From contig CAXXMU010000001.1 of NCBI GenBank assembly GCA_963667785.2, positions 736,001 through 800,000 on the forward strand: a stretch of 64,000 nt of DNA, given 5' to 3'. The position numbers were made by a program, and so were the translations under genes. The notes below the pieces were generated by a model. That model saw only the letters and a program-made list of their open reading frames with translations, was not told the DNA's origin and did no database searches. Shown piece by piece: positions 14,101-24,501 of the stretch. This DNA comes from Alphaproteobacteria bacterium (GTDB taxonomy: Bacteria; Pseudomonadota; Alphaproteobacteria; UBA828). Each line of letters opens with the position of its first letter. Positions within the stretch are counted from its first letter, which is position 1.

Positions 14101-14617
14101 GGTTGAGCACCGGCATGGCGGCGCTCACGAAGTCGAATTCGCTCTGATGCGCCGTCGTCGAGGAGGCGCAGACGTGGTCGTCGCCGGCGAGCGCGATGAC
14201 GCCGCCGTGCGGCGCCGTGCCGGCGTTGTTGGCGTGCTTGAAGACGTCCATGGTGCGGTCGACGCCCGGCCCCTTGCCGTACCAGATGGCGAAGACGCCG
14301 TCGTGCTTCGCGCCGGGGAAGAGCCCCACCTGCTGTGTGCCCCAGAGCGCGGTGGCCGCCGTGTCCTCGTTGACGCCCGGCCGGAACAGCACGTTGTGCG
14401 TCTCCAGGAACCGCTGCGCCTGCCACAGCGCCCGGTCGAAATTGCCGAGCGGCGAGCCGCGGTAGCCCGAGATCATGCAGGCCGTGTCGAGCCCGGCCGC
14501 CTTGTCCCTCAGATGCTGCATCATCGGCAGCCTGACCAGGGCCTGGGTGCCGGTCATGTAGATCTCGCCCGAGCGGGCGGCGTACTTGTCGTCGAGCGAA
14601 ACCGCGGCGAGCGTCAT
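11147..14617 (-). CDS. Indolepyruvate ferredoxin oxidoreductase family protein (fused alpha/beta)
   Basis: [42 protein letters not shown] motif, [18 protein letters not shown]. Confidence 0.92.
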   Translation of the reverse strand: MTLAAVSLDDKYAARSGEIYMTGTQALVRLPMMQHLRDKAAGLDTACMISGYRGSPLGNFDRALWQAQRFLETHNVLFRPGVNEDTAATALWGTQQVGLFPGAKHDGVFAIWYGKGPGVDRTMDVFKHANNAGTAPHGGVIALAGDDHVCASSTTAHQSEFDFVSAAMPVLNPAGVQEFLDFGLHGWGLSRYAGLWVGFICIAETVDSSAIVSVDPHRVAIVPPEDHALPPGGLNIRWPDTPLEQEERLLEHKLAAARAYGRANGLDRAVIDGPGRRLGIVTTGKSYLDVRQALDDLGIDEELARRSGLALYKVGMSWPLEPDGIRRFAGGLDEILVVEEKRGFIENQIKEILYNLPASARPRVIGKCDEDGRPLLRASGELDPGGVAQTIAARLARFGTDERIEARVAHLQARWAESAAAEPAAIERVPYFCSGCPHNSSTKVPEGSRALAGIGCHYMAQWMDRETATFTHMGGEGASWIGQAPFTETRHVFQNIGDGTYFHSGILAIRAAVAANVNMTYKILYNDAVAMTGGQPMDGPLSVQRVTRQIQEEGVGRVAVVTDQPEKYPFDGQFADGVTIHHRDELDRVQRELRAWEGVSAIVYDQMCATEKRRRRKRGTLEDPDWRVIINPDVCEGCGDCGVQSNCLSVVPLETEFGRKRAIDQSACNKDFSCLKGFCPSFVLVKGGTRRAGASDGVSERPIAALPEPARPSCAEPYGILLAGVGGTGIVTLGALLGTAARLEGKGATVLDKAGLAQKYGAVTSHVRIAERADDLHAVRIATGGARLLLGIDLVVAASREATSRLDRSASHAVINGARMPTGDFTRVPDLAYPADQLERVIAASARGIDVVDATRLATALIGDAVYANLFLLGVAYQRGLVPLGADAIERAIALNGVATDANLRAFRWGRAAAHDRQAVLDAAAETGTLREEAPAEGLDALIERRAADLRAYQNTAYAARYRALVARVREAERQRAPGRESLGEAVARAYHKLLAYKDEYEVARLFTDGRFQARVASQFEGRIGLRFSLAPPLFARRDPETGHLKKQVFGPWMLPAFRLLVAFRGLRGTALDPFGYTAERRRERALIGEYEATVEALIAGLGSDNHALAVEIAEVPLAMRGFGHVKEANIACAKEREAELLAAFRAPAPQVSAAE

Positions 14618-14800
14618 CGTCGATCCTGTCGTGACTATCCGGCGCCTTCGGGGAAGGGGCGGCGGCGCAACCATGCCCCGGCCATCATACCCCATGCTGC
14701 CGTCTCGGCACGACGCCGGCACGGCCCCGCCGCATTGCGTTTGCGCCCTAGTGCTGACACTTTCGCGGCCCAGATCGGGCACCCCGCGCGGGAGGCGAGC

Positions 14801-15604
14801 ATGGAAGGCTACGAGCGCTACACCACGATGACGTTTGCGCGCGAGCGCCGCGTGCTCACCGTGACGCTCAACCGGCCCGACGTGCTGAACGCGGTGAACG
14901 CCGCCATGCACGCGGAGCTGGCGCGGCTCTTCAACGACATCGCCGCCGACCGCGAGACCGACATCGTCGTGCTGACCGGCGCCGGCCGCGCCTTCTGCGC
15001 CGGCGGCGACATCGACTGGCTCCAGAGCGCGATCGACGACCCGGCCGTCTTCGAGCAGATCGCCGTGGAGGCGAAGCAGATCGTGTTCGGCCTGCTCGAC
15101 CTGGAGAAGCCGGTCGTCTGCCGCCTCAACGGCGATGCGGTGGGCCTCGGCGCCACGGTCGCGCTCTTCTGCGACATCATCATCGCCTCCGAGGCCGCGC
15201 GGATCGGCGATCTGCACGTCAATATCGGGCTCTCGGCCGGCGACGGCGGCGCCATCATCTGGCCCCAGCTCATCGGCTACCCGCGCGCCAAGGAGTTCCT
15301 GATGACCGGCCGGCTGATCGACGGCGCCGGCGCCGCAGCGCTCGGCCTCGTCAACGAGGCGGTGCCGGCGGACGAGCTCGACGCCCGCACAGAGCGCATG
15401 GTGGGCAAGCTGGAGCGGGGGGCTGCGCAGGCGATCCGCCTCACCAAGGTCTCGATCAACGTCGGCCTGAAGCAGCTCGCCCACGGGATGATGGACGCCT
15501 CCATCGCCTACGAGAGCCTGACCAACGTCTCCGCCGACCACCGGGAAGGGCTCGCCGCCTTCCGCGAGCGCCGCAAGCCGGCGTTCGGCCGCGGCCCGGA
15601 ATAG
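14801..15604 (+). CDS. Enoyl-CoA hydratase/isomerase family protein
   Basis: GGAGG RBS; LNRPDVLNA, FCAGGD, GDLHVNIGLSAGDGG. Confidence 0.9.
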   Translation: MEGYERYTTMTFARERRVLTVTLNRPDVLNAVNAAMHAELARLFNDIAADRETDIVVLTGAGRAFCAGGDIDWLQSAIDDPAVFEQIAVEAKQIVFGLLDLEKPVVCRLNGDAVGLGATVALFCDIIIASEAARIGDLHVNIGLSAGDGGAIIWPQLIGYPRAKEFLMTGRLIDGAGAAALGLVNEAVPADELDARTERMVGKLERGAAQAIRLTKVSINVGLKQLAHGMMDASIAYESLTNVSADHREGLAAFRERRKPAFGRGPE

Positions 15605-15607
15605 CCG

Positions 15608-17428
15608 GTGAGCGGGCGCAGGCCACGGGCGGCTGAGGCAGGCGCGAGGGCCGCCCTGCGGGCCGGGGAGGAGGCGCTGCCGGGGTGGGATCTCTCCGAT
15701 CTCTATCCCCGCCCTGGGTCAGACGAGGTGCGGCGCGACCTGAAGCGGGCGAAAGCCGAGGCGGACGCGCTGCAGGACGAGTTCGCCGGCCGGGTCGCGG
15801 ACCTCGACGGAGACGCGCTCGGCGCGCTCGTCGCCCGCTACGAGGCCACCACGGAGACCCTGGAGCGGCTGACGAGCTACGCCTACCTCGTCTACTGCAC
15901 GGCGATGGAGGACGCCGAGACGGCACGCTTCTTCCAGACGATCCAGGAAGAGACCACCGCCATCGGCAGCCGGCTGCTCTTCCTCACGCTGGAGCTCAAC
16001 CGGATCGAGGACGATGCCCTTGCGGCGAAGCTGACCGCGCCGGCGCTCGCCCGCTACGCGCCCTGGGTGCGGGACGTGCGCAGCCTCCGCCCCTTCCAGC
16101 TCTCCGACGAGGTGGAGCGCCTGCTGCACGAGAAGCAGGTGGCCGGCCGCGCCGCCTGGGTGCGCCTCTTCGACGAGACCATGGCGGCGTTGCGCTTCCC
16201 CGTCGGCGGCGAGTCGCTCACCAGCGCCGAGGCGCTCGACCTGCTCTCGGACAAGGACGGAGAGGTGCGCAGGGAGGCGGCGCAGGCGGTGGGCAGCGTG
16301 CTCGGCGAGAACGTCCGCACCTTCGCGCTGATCACCAACACGCTCGCCAAGGACAAGGAGATCGAGGACGAGTGGCGCGGCTTCGAGCGGCCGATCTCGT
16401 CACGCAATCTCGGCAACCGGGTCGAGGACGAGGTGGTGGATGCGCTGATCGCCGCCGTCGAGGCCGCCTATCCGCGCCTCGCCCATCGCTACTACGCGCT
16501 CAAGGCCCGCTGGATGGGCAGGGACGCGCTCGACTACTGGGACCGCAACGCGCCGCTGCCTGAGGACGACGACCGCATCATCGGCTGGGACGAGGCGGTC
16601 TCCACCGTGCTCGCGGCCTATGGCGCCTTCTCGCCCGAACTCGCCGGCATCGGGCGACGCTTCTTCGACAATGACTGGATCGACGCGCCGGTGCGCCGCG
16701 GCAAGTCTCCCGGCGCCTTCGCCCACCCCACGGTGCCGGGCGCCCATCCCTACCTGCTGCTCAACTACCAGGGCCGGACGCGCGACGTGATGGTGCTCGC
16801 CCACGAGCTGGGCCACGGGGTCCATCAGGTGCTGGCGGGCGGGCAAGGCCTGCTGCTGGCGGAAACCCCGCTCACGCTCGCGGAGACCGCCTCGGTCTTC
16901 GGCGAACAGCTCACCTTCCGCGCGCTGCTCGACGGCGAGCGCGATCCCCTGCGGCGCCGGGTGATGCTCGCCGGCAAGGTCGAGGACATGCTCAACACGG
17001 TGGTGCGCCAGGTCGCCTTCTGCGCCTTCGAGCGCCGCGTGCACGAGGAGCGCCGCTCAGGCGAGCTCACGCCCGAGCGCCTCTCGGAGCACTGGCTCGC
17101 GGTCCAGGGCGAGAGCCTGGGCCCCGCGCTCCGCTTCCACGACGAGTACCGCTTCTACTGGTCCTACATCCCCCACTTCATCCACGCGCCCTTCTATGTC
17201 TACGCCTATGCCTTCGGCGAGTGCCTGGTGAACGCGCTCTACGCGGTCTATCGCGAGGAGCCGGCGGGCTTCGAGCAGAAGTATCTCGACATGCTCCGCG
17301 CCGGCGGCAGCCTCAGGCACCGGGAGCTGCTGGCTCCCTTCGGCCTCGATGCCTCGGATTCGGACTTCTGGACACGCGGGCTCGATGTGGTCGCCGGCTT
17401 CGTCGACGAGCTGGAGGCGGCGTTCTAG
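15608..17428 (+). CDS. pepF: Oligoendopeptidase F (M3B peptidase)
   Basis: WDLSDLY, HELGH Zn motif, LAETASVFGE, HFIHAPFYVYAYAFG. Confidence 0.9.
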   Translation: MSGRRPRAAEAGARAALRAGEEALPGWDLSDLYPRPGSDEVRRDLKRAKAEADALQDEFAGRVADLDGDALGALVARYEATTETLERLTSYAYLVYCTAMEDAETARFFQTIQEETTAIGSRLLFLTLELNRIEDDALAAKLTAPALARYAPWVRDVRSLRPFQLSDEVERLLHEKQVAGRAAWVRLFDETMAALRFPVGGESLTSAEALDLLSDKDGEVRREAAQAVGSVLGENVRTFALITNTLAKDKEIEDEWRGFERPISSRNLGNRVEDEVVDALIAAVEAAYPRLAHRYYALKARWMGRDALDYWDRNAPLPEDDDRIIGWDEAVSTVLAAYGAFSPELAGIGRRFFDNDWIDAPVRRGKSPGAFAHPTVPGAHPYLLLNYQGRTRDVMVLAHELGHGVHQVLAGGQGLLLAETPLTLAETASVFGEQLTFRALLDGERDPLRRRVMLAGKVEDMLNTVVRQVAFCAFERRVHEERRSGELTPERLSEHWLAVQGESLGPALRFHDEYRFYWSYIPHFIHAPFYVYAYAFGECLVNALYAVYREEPAGFEQKYLDMLRAGGSLRHRELLAPFGLDASDSDFWTRGLDVVAGFVDELEAAF

Positions 17429-17443
17429 CCCGCCCCGCGCCGA

Positions 17444-18124
17444 TCAGCGTGGCGGGAGCGCCAGGGAAATCCGGCCCGCCTGCCAGTCGTCGGTGACCTC
17501 GGCGGCGGGGACGCCGGCGGCATCGAGGGCGGTGAGCTCCTTCCACGCCAGCCACGCCTTCATCAGCGCGTATCCCAGGGAGTATCCTGCGCTGCGCGGC
17601 CACTCGGGATCGTTCTTGCGGCCGAACATCCAGGCATCGTGATCGAAGTCCGTCGCCGCCAGGAGAGGGCGGGCGCGGTCGGCCATCTTCATCAGGGTCT
17701 CGCGGTCGAGCGTCACGGCGTAGAAGGGGGTGGGCGCGCCGGCCTGCTCCTCGAAGCACTGGGCAAGCCCTTCGCTGACGAAACGGCCGCCGAGCGTGTA
17801 CGTCTCGGCGCCGCTTCGAAGCCGCACCACGTGGTGCATCTCGTGAGCGAGCGTGCCGAAAAGTCTGTCGAAGCGCTCGGGATCGTGCAGCCGGGGCGAA
17901 GCCGGGTCGACACCGATGGTGATGCGGCCGGAACTGTTCGCGAATCCGCTGAAGCCGTAAGCCGGCAGCACCCAGGCATCGGGCGCCACGACGACATCGA
18001 GGCGATCCAGCCGGACGAGGCGGGCGATTCGCTCGTACGCCGCCTCGAGCTCGCGCATGATGTCCTGCCTGAGCGGCGCCGGGAGCTCGTCCATCGCATC
18101 CAGCAGGCGGAACCTGAATGTCAT
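17444..18124 (-). CDS. Putative Zn-dependent protease (DUF2268-like)
   Basis: AHEMHH, SEGLA, AGYSLGY; start MTFRFR chosen over the upstream ATG. Confidence 0.7.
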   Translation of the reverse strand: MTFRFRLLDAMDELPAPLRQDIMRELEAAYERIARLVRLDRLDVVVAPDAWVLPAYGFSGFANSSGRITIGVDPASPRLHDPERFDRLFGTLAHEMHHVVRLRSGAETYTLGGRFVSEGLAQCFEEQAGAPTPFYAVTLDRETLMKMADRARPLLAATDFDHDAWMFGRKNDPEWPRSAGYSLGYALMKAWLAWKELTALDAAGVPAAEVTDDWQAGRISLALPPR

Positions 18125-18286
18125 GGCGTTCCCGATCGGTGACGCGCCGGATGGCCCGGTGGGAGAGCGGCCGCCGTCGCCGGCCGCGCCCCGGAATAGC
18201 AACGGAAGGCCGCACGTGGAAATGCCCGGCGCGGCCTCATGCATGACGCGGCGGCATACGCCGCCGCCTCTGCGTCATGGCCGGCC

Positions 18287-18437
18287 CTAGAGCGTGTCCG
18301 CTTTACACGGAAACGCTCTAGCCTCTTTGTCGCTCCCGGCAGCCGACCTGCGGTCGGCGCCTGCGCGGGCGCGCCGCATAAGCGGCGGGCCGCAGTCGCG
18401 GCCTGTCGCGTATCCGTCAAAGACGGATACGCTCTAG
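18287..18437 (-). repeat. ~150 bp multi-hairpin intergenic repeat, copy 1 (CTAG-bounded)
   Basis: Reverse complement CTAGAGCGTATCCGTC...GCCGCTTATGCGGCGCGCCCGCGCAGGCGCC...GAGCGACAAAGAGGCTAGAGCG...CGCTCTAG aligns end to end with 24587-24735. Confidence 0.88.
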
Positions 18438-19195
18438 AGGAAGACCGTGCCGCCGTCCACCATCAGGGTCTGGCCGGTGACGAGCTTGCTCGCGTCCGAC
18501 GCGAGGTAGAGCACCGTGCCGACCAAATCGTCGGTCGTGAGGTTCTTCTGCAGGCTCTGGCCGGTGGCGACGGCCTGGAGCAGCTTGTCCTTCTTGGCGC
18601 CGAAGAACTCGTCCGTGCCTTCGGTCAGCACCGCGCTCGGCGCGATGGCGTTGACCCTGATCCAGTCGCGCCCGAGCTCGCGCGCGAGCGCGCGAGTCAT
18701 GCCGATGACGGCAGACTTCGAGGTCGCGTAGTGGAGGCCGAAGGGCATGCCGTAGACCGCGGCCAGCGAGGCGATGTTGACGATGGAGCCGCCGCCGGCC
18801 TCGCGCATGGCCGGCACGCAGGCCTTGCAGCACTGCCAGACGCCGCGCACGTTGACCGCCATGGTGCGGTCCCACTCGTCCTGGGCGATCTTGTCGAAGC
18901 GCCCGCCCTGGATGTCGCCGTAGAGGGCGGCGTTGTTGATGAGCACGTCGATGCGCCCGAACTCGGCGACGGCGTGCCGGGCCATGGCCTCGCAGCTCGC
19001 CATGTCGGCGGCGTCGAGGGCGACGCCGGTGACACGGCCGTTGGTGGCGCCGATGGCCTCCACGGTCTCGGACGTGTCGCGGATATCGGCGGCGACCACC
19101 GCCGCACCCTCGCGCGCCAGCGCCTCGCAATAGGCGCGGCCCAGGCCCCGCCCGCCGCCGGTGACGACGACCACCTTCCCTTCAAGCTGTGACAT
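18434..19195 (-). CDS. SDR family oxidoreductase
   Basis: TGGGRGLG, NNAA, YATSK. Confidence 0.92.
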   Translation of the reverse strand: MSQLEGKVVVVTGGGRGLGRAYCEALAREGAAVVAADIRDTSETVEAIGATNGRVTGVALDAADMASCEAMARHAVAEFGRIDVLINNAALYGDIQGGRFDKIAQDEWDRTMAVNVRGVWQCCKACVPAMREAGGGSIVNIASLAAVYGMPFGLHYATSKSAVIGMTRALARELGRDWIRVNAIAPSAVLTEGTDEFFGAKKDKLLQAVATGQSLQKNLTTDDLVGTVLYLASDASKLVTGQTLMVDGGTVFL

Positions 19196-19358
19196 GGGGT
19201 CTCCCGCTTCTCCCGGATGCCGATGCCCGCGCGGCCCTGCCGCCGGGAGGCCACGAAATAGGCCACAACGGGTGCTGCCGCAAGCCGGCCGCCGGATCGC
19301 GCGTTCCGTATCGCAGGGTGCTAGTATGCCGCCCGAGAGCGCGAGAGCGGAGGGAACG

Positions 19359-20171
19359 ATGGCGACGAAGATCGCGGAACTGCCGGCCGGGACGGCGCAC
19401 ACGCTGCGCCGCAAGAACGACCGGGGCGTGACGACGCTCACGCTCAACCGGCCCAAGTCGGGCAACAGCCTCTCCCACGGGCTGGTGCACGAGCTGCAGG
19501 AGGCCCTGGATTCCATCAGGGACGACCGCTCCGTGCGCGTGGTGATCCTGGCGGCGAGCGGGCGGCTCTTCTGCACCGGCCACGACCTCAACGAATCGGT
19601 CGAGGCCATGAAGGCGCCGGAGACCAAGCGGGAGGCGACGGCGGCGTGCTCGCGCATGATGCAGAGCCTGATCGGCCTGCCCCAGCCGGTGATCGCCAAG
19701 GTCCACAGCATCGCCACCGCCGCCGGCTGCGAGCTCGTGGCGAGTTGCGATCTGGTCTACGCCTCGGCGGAGGCCAAGTTCGCGACGCCCGGCGTGAACA
19801 TCGGCTTCTGGTGCCACTCGCCGCAGGTGGCGGTGAGCCGCGCAGTCGCGCCCAAGCACGCCATGCAGATGCTGCTCACCGGCGAGCTGATGGACGCAGA
19901 CACCGCCTTCCGCATGGGGCTGGTGAGCGAGGTGGTGGCGCCCGACAAGCTCAACGAGAGGGTGGAGGAAGTGGCCCGGCATATCGCGGCGAAGTCGTCC
20001 TACGCCATCGCCCAGGGCAAGCAGTCCTTCTACCGCCAGCTCGAGATGGATCGCGGCGATGCCTACGACTACGCCGGCGAGGTGATCTATCGCACCATCC
20101 AGGCGGACGACGCCCGCGAGGGGATCACTGCCTTCCTCGAGAAGCGCGACCCGGTCTGGCAGGATTCCTGA
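19359..20171 (+). CDS. Enoyl-CoA hydratase family protein (ECHDC3-like)
   Basis: FCTGHDL, ATAAGCELVASCD, FATPGVNIG. Confidence 0.88.
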   Translation: MATKIAELPAGTAHTLRRKNDRGVTTLTLNRPKSGNSLSHGLVHELQEALDSIRDDRSVRVVILAASGRLFCTGHDLNESVEAMKAPETKREATAACSRMMQSLIGLPQPVIAKVHSIATAAGCELVASCDLVYASAEAKFATPGVNIGFWCHSPQVAVSRAVAPKHAMQMLLTGELMDADTAFRMGLVSEVVAPDKLNERVEEVARHIAAKSSYAIAQGKQSFYRQLEMDRGDAYDYAGEVIYRTIQADDAREGITAFLEKRDPVWQDS

Positions 20172-20181
20172 CGGAGCTTCC

Positions 20182-20727
20182 TCAGTCCCGCGCCGGGTAC
20201 CAGTAGAGCGGGTCCGGGCGGCGGTAGCCGTCGGGGCGGTAGATCAGCTCGAAGGTGGTCTTGAGCGTGTCCTCGGTCTGGAAGTAGCAGAAGCGCACGC
20301 CCTTCCAGCCGCCGCCCATGACGGCGGCGAAGCCGCGCGCCTCGATATCGGCGATGCAGGCGTCCCAGTCGAGGCCGGTATCCTGCAGGAGAAAGCCCAC
20401 GTGCTGCAGCCCCTCGCCGTGTTCCTCCAGGAACTCGTGGTAGATGCTGGGCCCCTCCAGCGGCTCGATCACCTCCCAGTTGAGATCGCCCGTCCAGGCC
20501 AGCGCGAGGCGCATGGAGAAGTTTCCCGGAGCGCCGCGAAAGTGCCTGTCGGTGAGCAGCGGCGGCGCGTACTCCTGCACCCACCAGGGGCCGATCCCCA
20601 TGCGGTCGGCGTAGTTGCGGATGCAGGCGTCGAGGTCGCGGGTGACGATGCAGATCTGCCGGGTCTCGCCGATGATGCTGTTGGGGAGGTCGCTGAAGAC
20701 GTGGTCGGGCGAGGCGGCCATGGGCAT
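20182..20727 (-). CDS. VOC (glyoxalase-like) family protein
   Basis: QICIVTRDLD, EVIEPLEGPSIYHEFLEEHGEGLQHV. Confidence 0.85.
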   Translation of the reverse strand: MPMAASPDHVFSDLPNSIIGETRQICIVTRDLDACIRNYADRMGIGPWWVQEYAPPLLTDRHFRGAPGNFSMRLALAWTGDLNWEVIEPLEGPSIYHEFLEEHGEGLQHVGFLLQDTGLDWDACIADIEARGFAAVMGGGWKGVRFCYFQTEDTLKTTFELIYRPDGYRRPDPLYWYPARD

Positions 20728-20734
20728 TCGGTCC

Positions 20735-23065
20735 TTAAGCTGCTGAGAGCGCGCGCCAGACGCGCTCGGGCGTGAGCGGCATGTCGATCTCGGTGACGCC
20801 GCGTTGCTTCAGCGCGTCGAGCACGGCGTTCACCACCGCCGCCGGCGCCGGGATGGCGCCGGCCTCGCCGCAGCCCTTGATGCCGAGCGGGTTCTGGCTC
20901 GTCGGTACGCCGTTGGTGGCGAGCGCGAAGTCGGGCAGGTCGTCGGCACGCGGCAGGCAGTAGTCCATGAACGAGCCGGAGAGGAGCTGTCCCGAGCCCT
21001 CGTCGTAGACGCAGTTCTCGAACACCGCCTGGCCGAGCCCCTGGGCCACGCCGCCGTGGACCTGGCCGTCCACCAGGACGGGATTGACCACGCGGCCGAA
21101 GTCGTTGGCGGCGGCGTAGCCCACGATCTCCACCGCGCCGGTCTCGGGATCGACCTCGACCTCGCAGATGTGGCAGCCGTTGGGGAAGGTGCCCTCGAAG
21201 GTCTCCGTTCGGCCGTTCGCATCGAGCCCCGGCTCCACGCCGTCGGGCAGGTTGGCCGGGTCCTTGGCCTGCATGGCGAGCGTCATGATGTCGATGGCGC
21301 GGTCGGTGCCGGCGATGGCGAAGCTGCCGTCGTCGAAGCGGATGTCCGCCGGCGCCGCTTCGAGCAGGGCGGCGGCGATCCTCGTGCCCTTCTCGATCAC
21401 CTTGGCGGCGCCGTCCTCGATCGCGAGCGCCACCATGTAGGTGGAGCGCGAGCCGCCGGAGCCGCCGCCGGCGGGCAGGTCGTCGCTGTCGCCCTCGACG
21501 AGCTCGATGGCCTCGAACGGGATTCCCAGGCTCTCGCCGAGCAGCTGCGCGTAGGTGGTCTCGTGGCCCTGGCCGGAGGCCCCGGTGCCGGCGCTGAGGC
21601 TCACCCCGCCGTCGTCGCGGAAGCGGATGGCGACATGCTCGGCCGGATCGCCCACGGTCGATTCGACGTAAGCCGCCATGCCGATGCCGCGCAGCCGGCC
21701 CCGCGCCGCCGCGTCCGCGCGCCGGGCGGCGAAGCCAGACCAGCCCGCGAGCGAGAGGCTCTCCTCCAGGACGCGCGCGTAGTCGCCGGAATCGTAGGTG
21801 ATGTCGAGCGGCACCTGGTAGGGCATCGCGTCGGCCGGAATGAGGTTGCGCCGGCGGATCTCGTCGGGCGCGAGGCCGAGCGCGGCCGCCGCCTTGTCCA
21901 CCAGGCGCTCGACCACGTAGTTCGATTCCGGAATGCCCGCGCCGCGGTAGGCGTCGGTGAAGACGGTGTTGGTGAGCACGCCCTCGACCTCGGCGTGGAT
22001 CGCGGGCGTCCGGTAGGCGTTCGCGAGCATCCGCGTGTAGAGCAGGGTGGGCGAGATCGGGCCCAGCGTCGAGACATAGGCGCCGAGATTGGCGAGGGTG
22101 CGCACGCGCAGGCCGAGGAAGTGCCCGTCCCCATCCAGCGCGAGCGCAGCCCGGGTGAGGTGGTCGCGCGCCTGGGTGTCGCTGAGAAACCCCTCGGCGC
22201 GCCCGCTCAGCCAGCGCACCGGCCGGCCCAGCCTGCGCGCCGCCCAGGCCACCAGCACATGCTCCGCATAGGTGAAGAACTTCATGCCGAAGCCGCCGCC
22301 GAGGTCGTGGGCGAGGACGCGCAGGCGCTGCTCCTCGATGCCGAGAATGCCGGCGACGACGGCGCGCGCGCCGTGCACGTGCTGGCTGTTGATGTAGAGG
22401 GTGTAGCGCTCGCTCGCCCCGTCGTAGACGCCGAGCGCGCCGCGCGGCTCGATGGTGTTGACGACGAGGCGGTTGTTGACCAGCTCGATCTCCACCGTGT
22501 GGGCCGCGGCGGCGAACGCCGCCTCGGTGGCGGCCTCGTCGCCCTGGGTCCAGATGCAGGAGAGGTTGCCCGGCGCCTCCGGCCAGAACTGGGGCGCATC
22601 CGCTTCGCGGGCCTCCGCCGCGCCCACCACCGCCGGCAGCGGCGTGTAGTCCACGCTCACCAGGTCCGCCGCGTCACGGGCCTCGGCGAGGCTCTCGGCC
22701 ACCACCATCGCCACCGCCTCGCCGACGTGGCGCACGCGGTCCTTCGGCAGCACCGGGTTGGGCGGATAGCAGGCGGGGCTGCCGTCCGGGAGGGTGAGCT
22801 GGACGAGAATGTCGACGATGCAGGGGAGCGTGCCGAGCCCGTCGGCCGCCACGTCCGCCCCGGTGTAGACGGCGAGCACGCCGGGCGCCGCCTCCGCCTC
22901 CGCCGTTTCGATCGTCCCGATATCGGCGTGGGCATGGGGCGAGCGCACGAAGCAGACGTGCACCTCGCCCTCCAGCGAAATGTCGTCCTGGAAGCGCCCC
23001 AAGCCCCTGAGCAGGGCGTCGTCTTCCTTGCGCGGCGCCGACTGGCCGATGCCGAACCGAGCCAT
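20735..23065 (-). CDS. Xanthine dehydrogenase/CoxL-family molybdopterin-binding large subunit
   Basis: RKEDD, RSPHAHA, GGGFG, AYRGAG, GQGHET, GQVHGG, KGCGE. Confidence 0.9.
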   Translation of the reverse strand: MARFGIGQSAPRKEDDALLRGLGRFQDDISLEGEVHVCFVRSPHAHADIGTIETAEAEAAPGVLAVYTGADVAADGLGTLPCIVDILVQLTLPDGSPACYPPNPVLPKDRVRHVGEAVAMVVAESLAEARDAADLVSVDYTPLPAVVGAAEAREADAPQFWPEAPGNLSCIWTQGDEAATEAAFAAAAHTVEIELVNNRLVVNTIEPRGALGVYDGASERYTLYINSQHVHGARAVVAGILGIEEQRLRVLAHDLGGGFGMKFFTYAEHVLVAWAARRLGRPVRWLSGRAEGFLSDTQARDHLTRAALALDGDGHFLGLRVRTLANLGAYVSTLGPISPTLLYTRMLANAYRTPAIHAEVEGVLTNTVFTDAYRGAGIPESNYVVERLVDKAAAALGLAPDEIRRRNLIPADAMPYQVPLDITYDSGDYARVLEESLSLAGWSGFAARRADAAARGRLRGIGMAAYVESTVGDPAEHVAIRFRDDGGVSLSAGTGASGQGHETTYAQLLGESLGIPFEAIELVEGDSDDLPAGGGSGGSRSTYMVALAIEDGAAKVIEKGTRIAAALLEAAPADIRFDDGSFAIAGTDRAIDIMTLAMQAKDPANLPDGVEPGLDANGRTETFEGTFPNGCHICEVEVDPETGAVEIVGYAAANDFGRVVNPVLVDGQVHGGVAQGLGQAVFENCVYDEGSGQLLSGSFMDYCLPRADDLPDFALATNGVPTSQNPLGIKGCGEAGAIPAPAAVVNAVLDALKQRGVTEIDMPLTPERVWRALSAA

Positions 23066-23181
23066 CGTTCCCTCCCACGGTCGTCGCCGGCCATGATAGG
23101 GAACTCGGCGGCGGGCGTCATCCGCGCCCGACCCGGCGGCGCGATCCCGTGCTATCGTGAGCCGGTCGGACGAGGACGGCG

Positions 23182-24501
23182 ATGCGGAACGATACGCACG
23201 AGCCGACACGCGGAAGCGCGGGGACGTGCACCCTCACCGCGCTCTATCGGAGGGATCCCGACGAGGCCGACCGCCTGCTGTTCGGCCGCAGGACCTGTTC
23301 CGACCGGCGGGGCTTCCTCAGGGGCGCCGGACTGGCCGCCATGGCCGCCCTGGTCGGCGGAACGATTCCCTTTCACCGCACCATCCCGGCCCACTTCATT
23401 CCCGTGGCGCTGGCGGACGAGAGCGTCATTCCCGGCAAGGACGGGCTCGTGGTGCTCAACGACCGGCCGCTGAGCGCCGAGACGCCGGCGCACCTGCTGG
23501 ACGACGCCGTCACGCCGACCGGGCGGCACTTCATCCGCAACAACGGCATCCCGCCCGAGGCCGTGGACGCGGGCGCCTGGAGGCTGACCGTCGACGGCCT
23601 GGTGGAGAGGCCGATGACGCTCTCCATCGACCAGCTCAGGCGGCGCTTCGATACGGTAACCCGTGCGTTGACGTTGGAATGCGCCGGCAACGGGCGCGCC
23701 TTCTTCGAGCCGCCGGCCTCGGGCGCGCAGTGGACCTACGGCGCCGTCGCCTGCGCCGAGTGGACCGGCGTCCGCCTCGCCGATGTGCTCGGTGCCGCAG
23801 GGGTGAAGGAGGGTACCGTCTACACCGCGCACGAGGGCGCCGACACCCACCCCTCCGGCCCGGAGGCCGGACGCCCGCTCTCGCGCGGCGTGCCGATCGC
23901 GAAGGCCATGGAGCCCGGCACCCTCATCGCCTTCGCCCAGAACGGTGGACCGATCCATCCCATGAACGGCGCACCGCTCCGCCTGGTGGTGCCCGGCTGG
24001 CCGGGGTCATGCTCGCAGAAGTGGCTCACCCGCCTCTGGCTGCGAGACCGGGTGCACGACGGGGCGAAGATGACCGGCACCTCCTACCGCGTGCCTGCCC
24101 GGCCGCTGGCGCCGGGGGAGCAGGCGGACGAGGCGGACTTCGTCATCATCGAGGCCATGCCGGTCAAGTCGCTGATCACGCGCCCGGCGAACGGCGTCAC
24201 GACGGATGCGAGGAGGCTGGAGGCGCGCGGGCATGCCTGGGCCGGGGACCGGACAGTGCGCACGGTCGAGGTCTCCGTCGATTTCGGCGCGACCTGGACC
24301 CCCGCCGCGCTCGATGCGCCGGCGAACCCCCACGCCTGGCAGAACTGGCGCGCCGCGCTGGCGTTCCCGGCAGCGGGGTACTACGAGATCTGGGCCAGGG
24401 CGACCGATTCGCGAGGTGCGCGCCAGCCCGATACCCTCGCCTGGAACCCGAAGGGCTATCTCAACAACGCGATCCATCGGATCGCGGTCAACGTGGGTTA
24501 A
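23182..24501 (+). CDS. Sulfite oxidase-family molybdoenzyme, TAT-exported (start uncertain)
   Basis: DRRGFL twin-Arg; FIRN, ECAGNGR (Mo-Cys), GAPLRLVVPGW, WNPKGY. Confidence 0.88.
   Translation: MRNDTHEPTRGSAGTCTLTALYRRDPDEADRLLFGRRTCSDRRGFLRGAGLAAMAALVGGTIPFHRTIPAHFIPVALADESVIPGKDGLVVLNDRPLSAETPAHLLDDAVTPTGRHFIRNNGIPPEAVDAGAWRLTVDGLVERPMTLSIDQLRRRFDTVTRALTLECAGNGRAFFEPPASGAQWTYGAVACAEWTGVRLADVLGAAGVKEGTVYTAHEGADTHPSGPEAGRPLSRGVPIAKAMEPGTLIAFAQNGGPIHPMNGAPLRLVVPGWPGSCSQKWLTRLWLRDRVHDGAKMTGTSYRVPARPLAPGEQADEADFVIIEAMPVKSLITRPANGVTTDARRLEARGHAWAGDRTVRTVEVSVDFGATWTPAALDAPANPHAWQNWRAALAFPAAGYYEIWARATDSRGARQPDTLAWNPKGYLNNAIHRIAVNVG

Noticed and set aside
20735-23065. Aerobic CO dehydrogenase (coxL form I)
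   Set aside because: Lacks AYXCSFR and adjacent coxMS/coxDEFG
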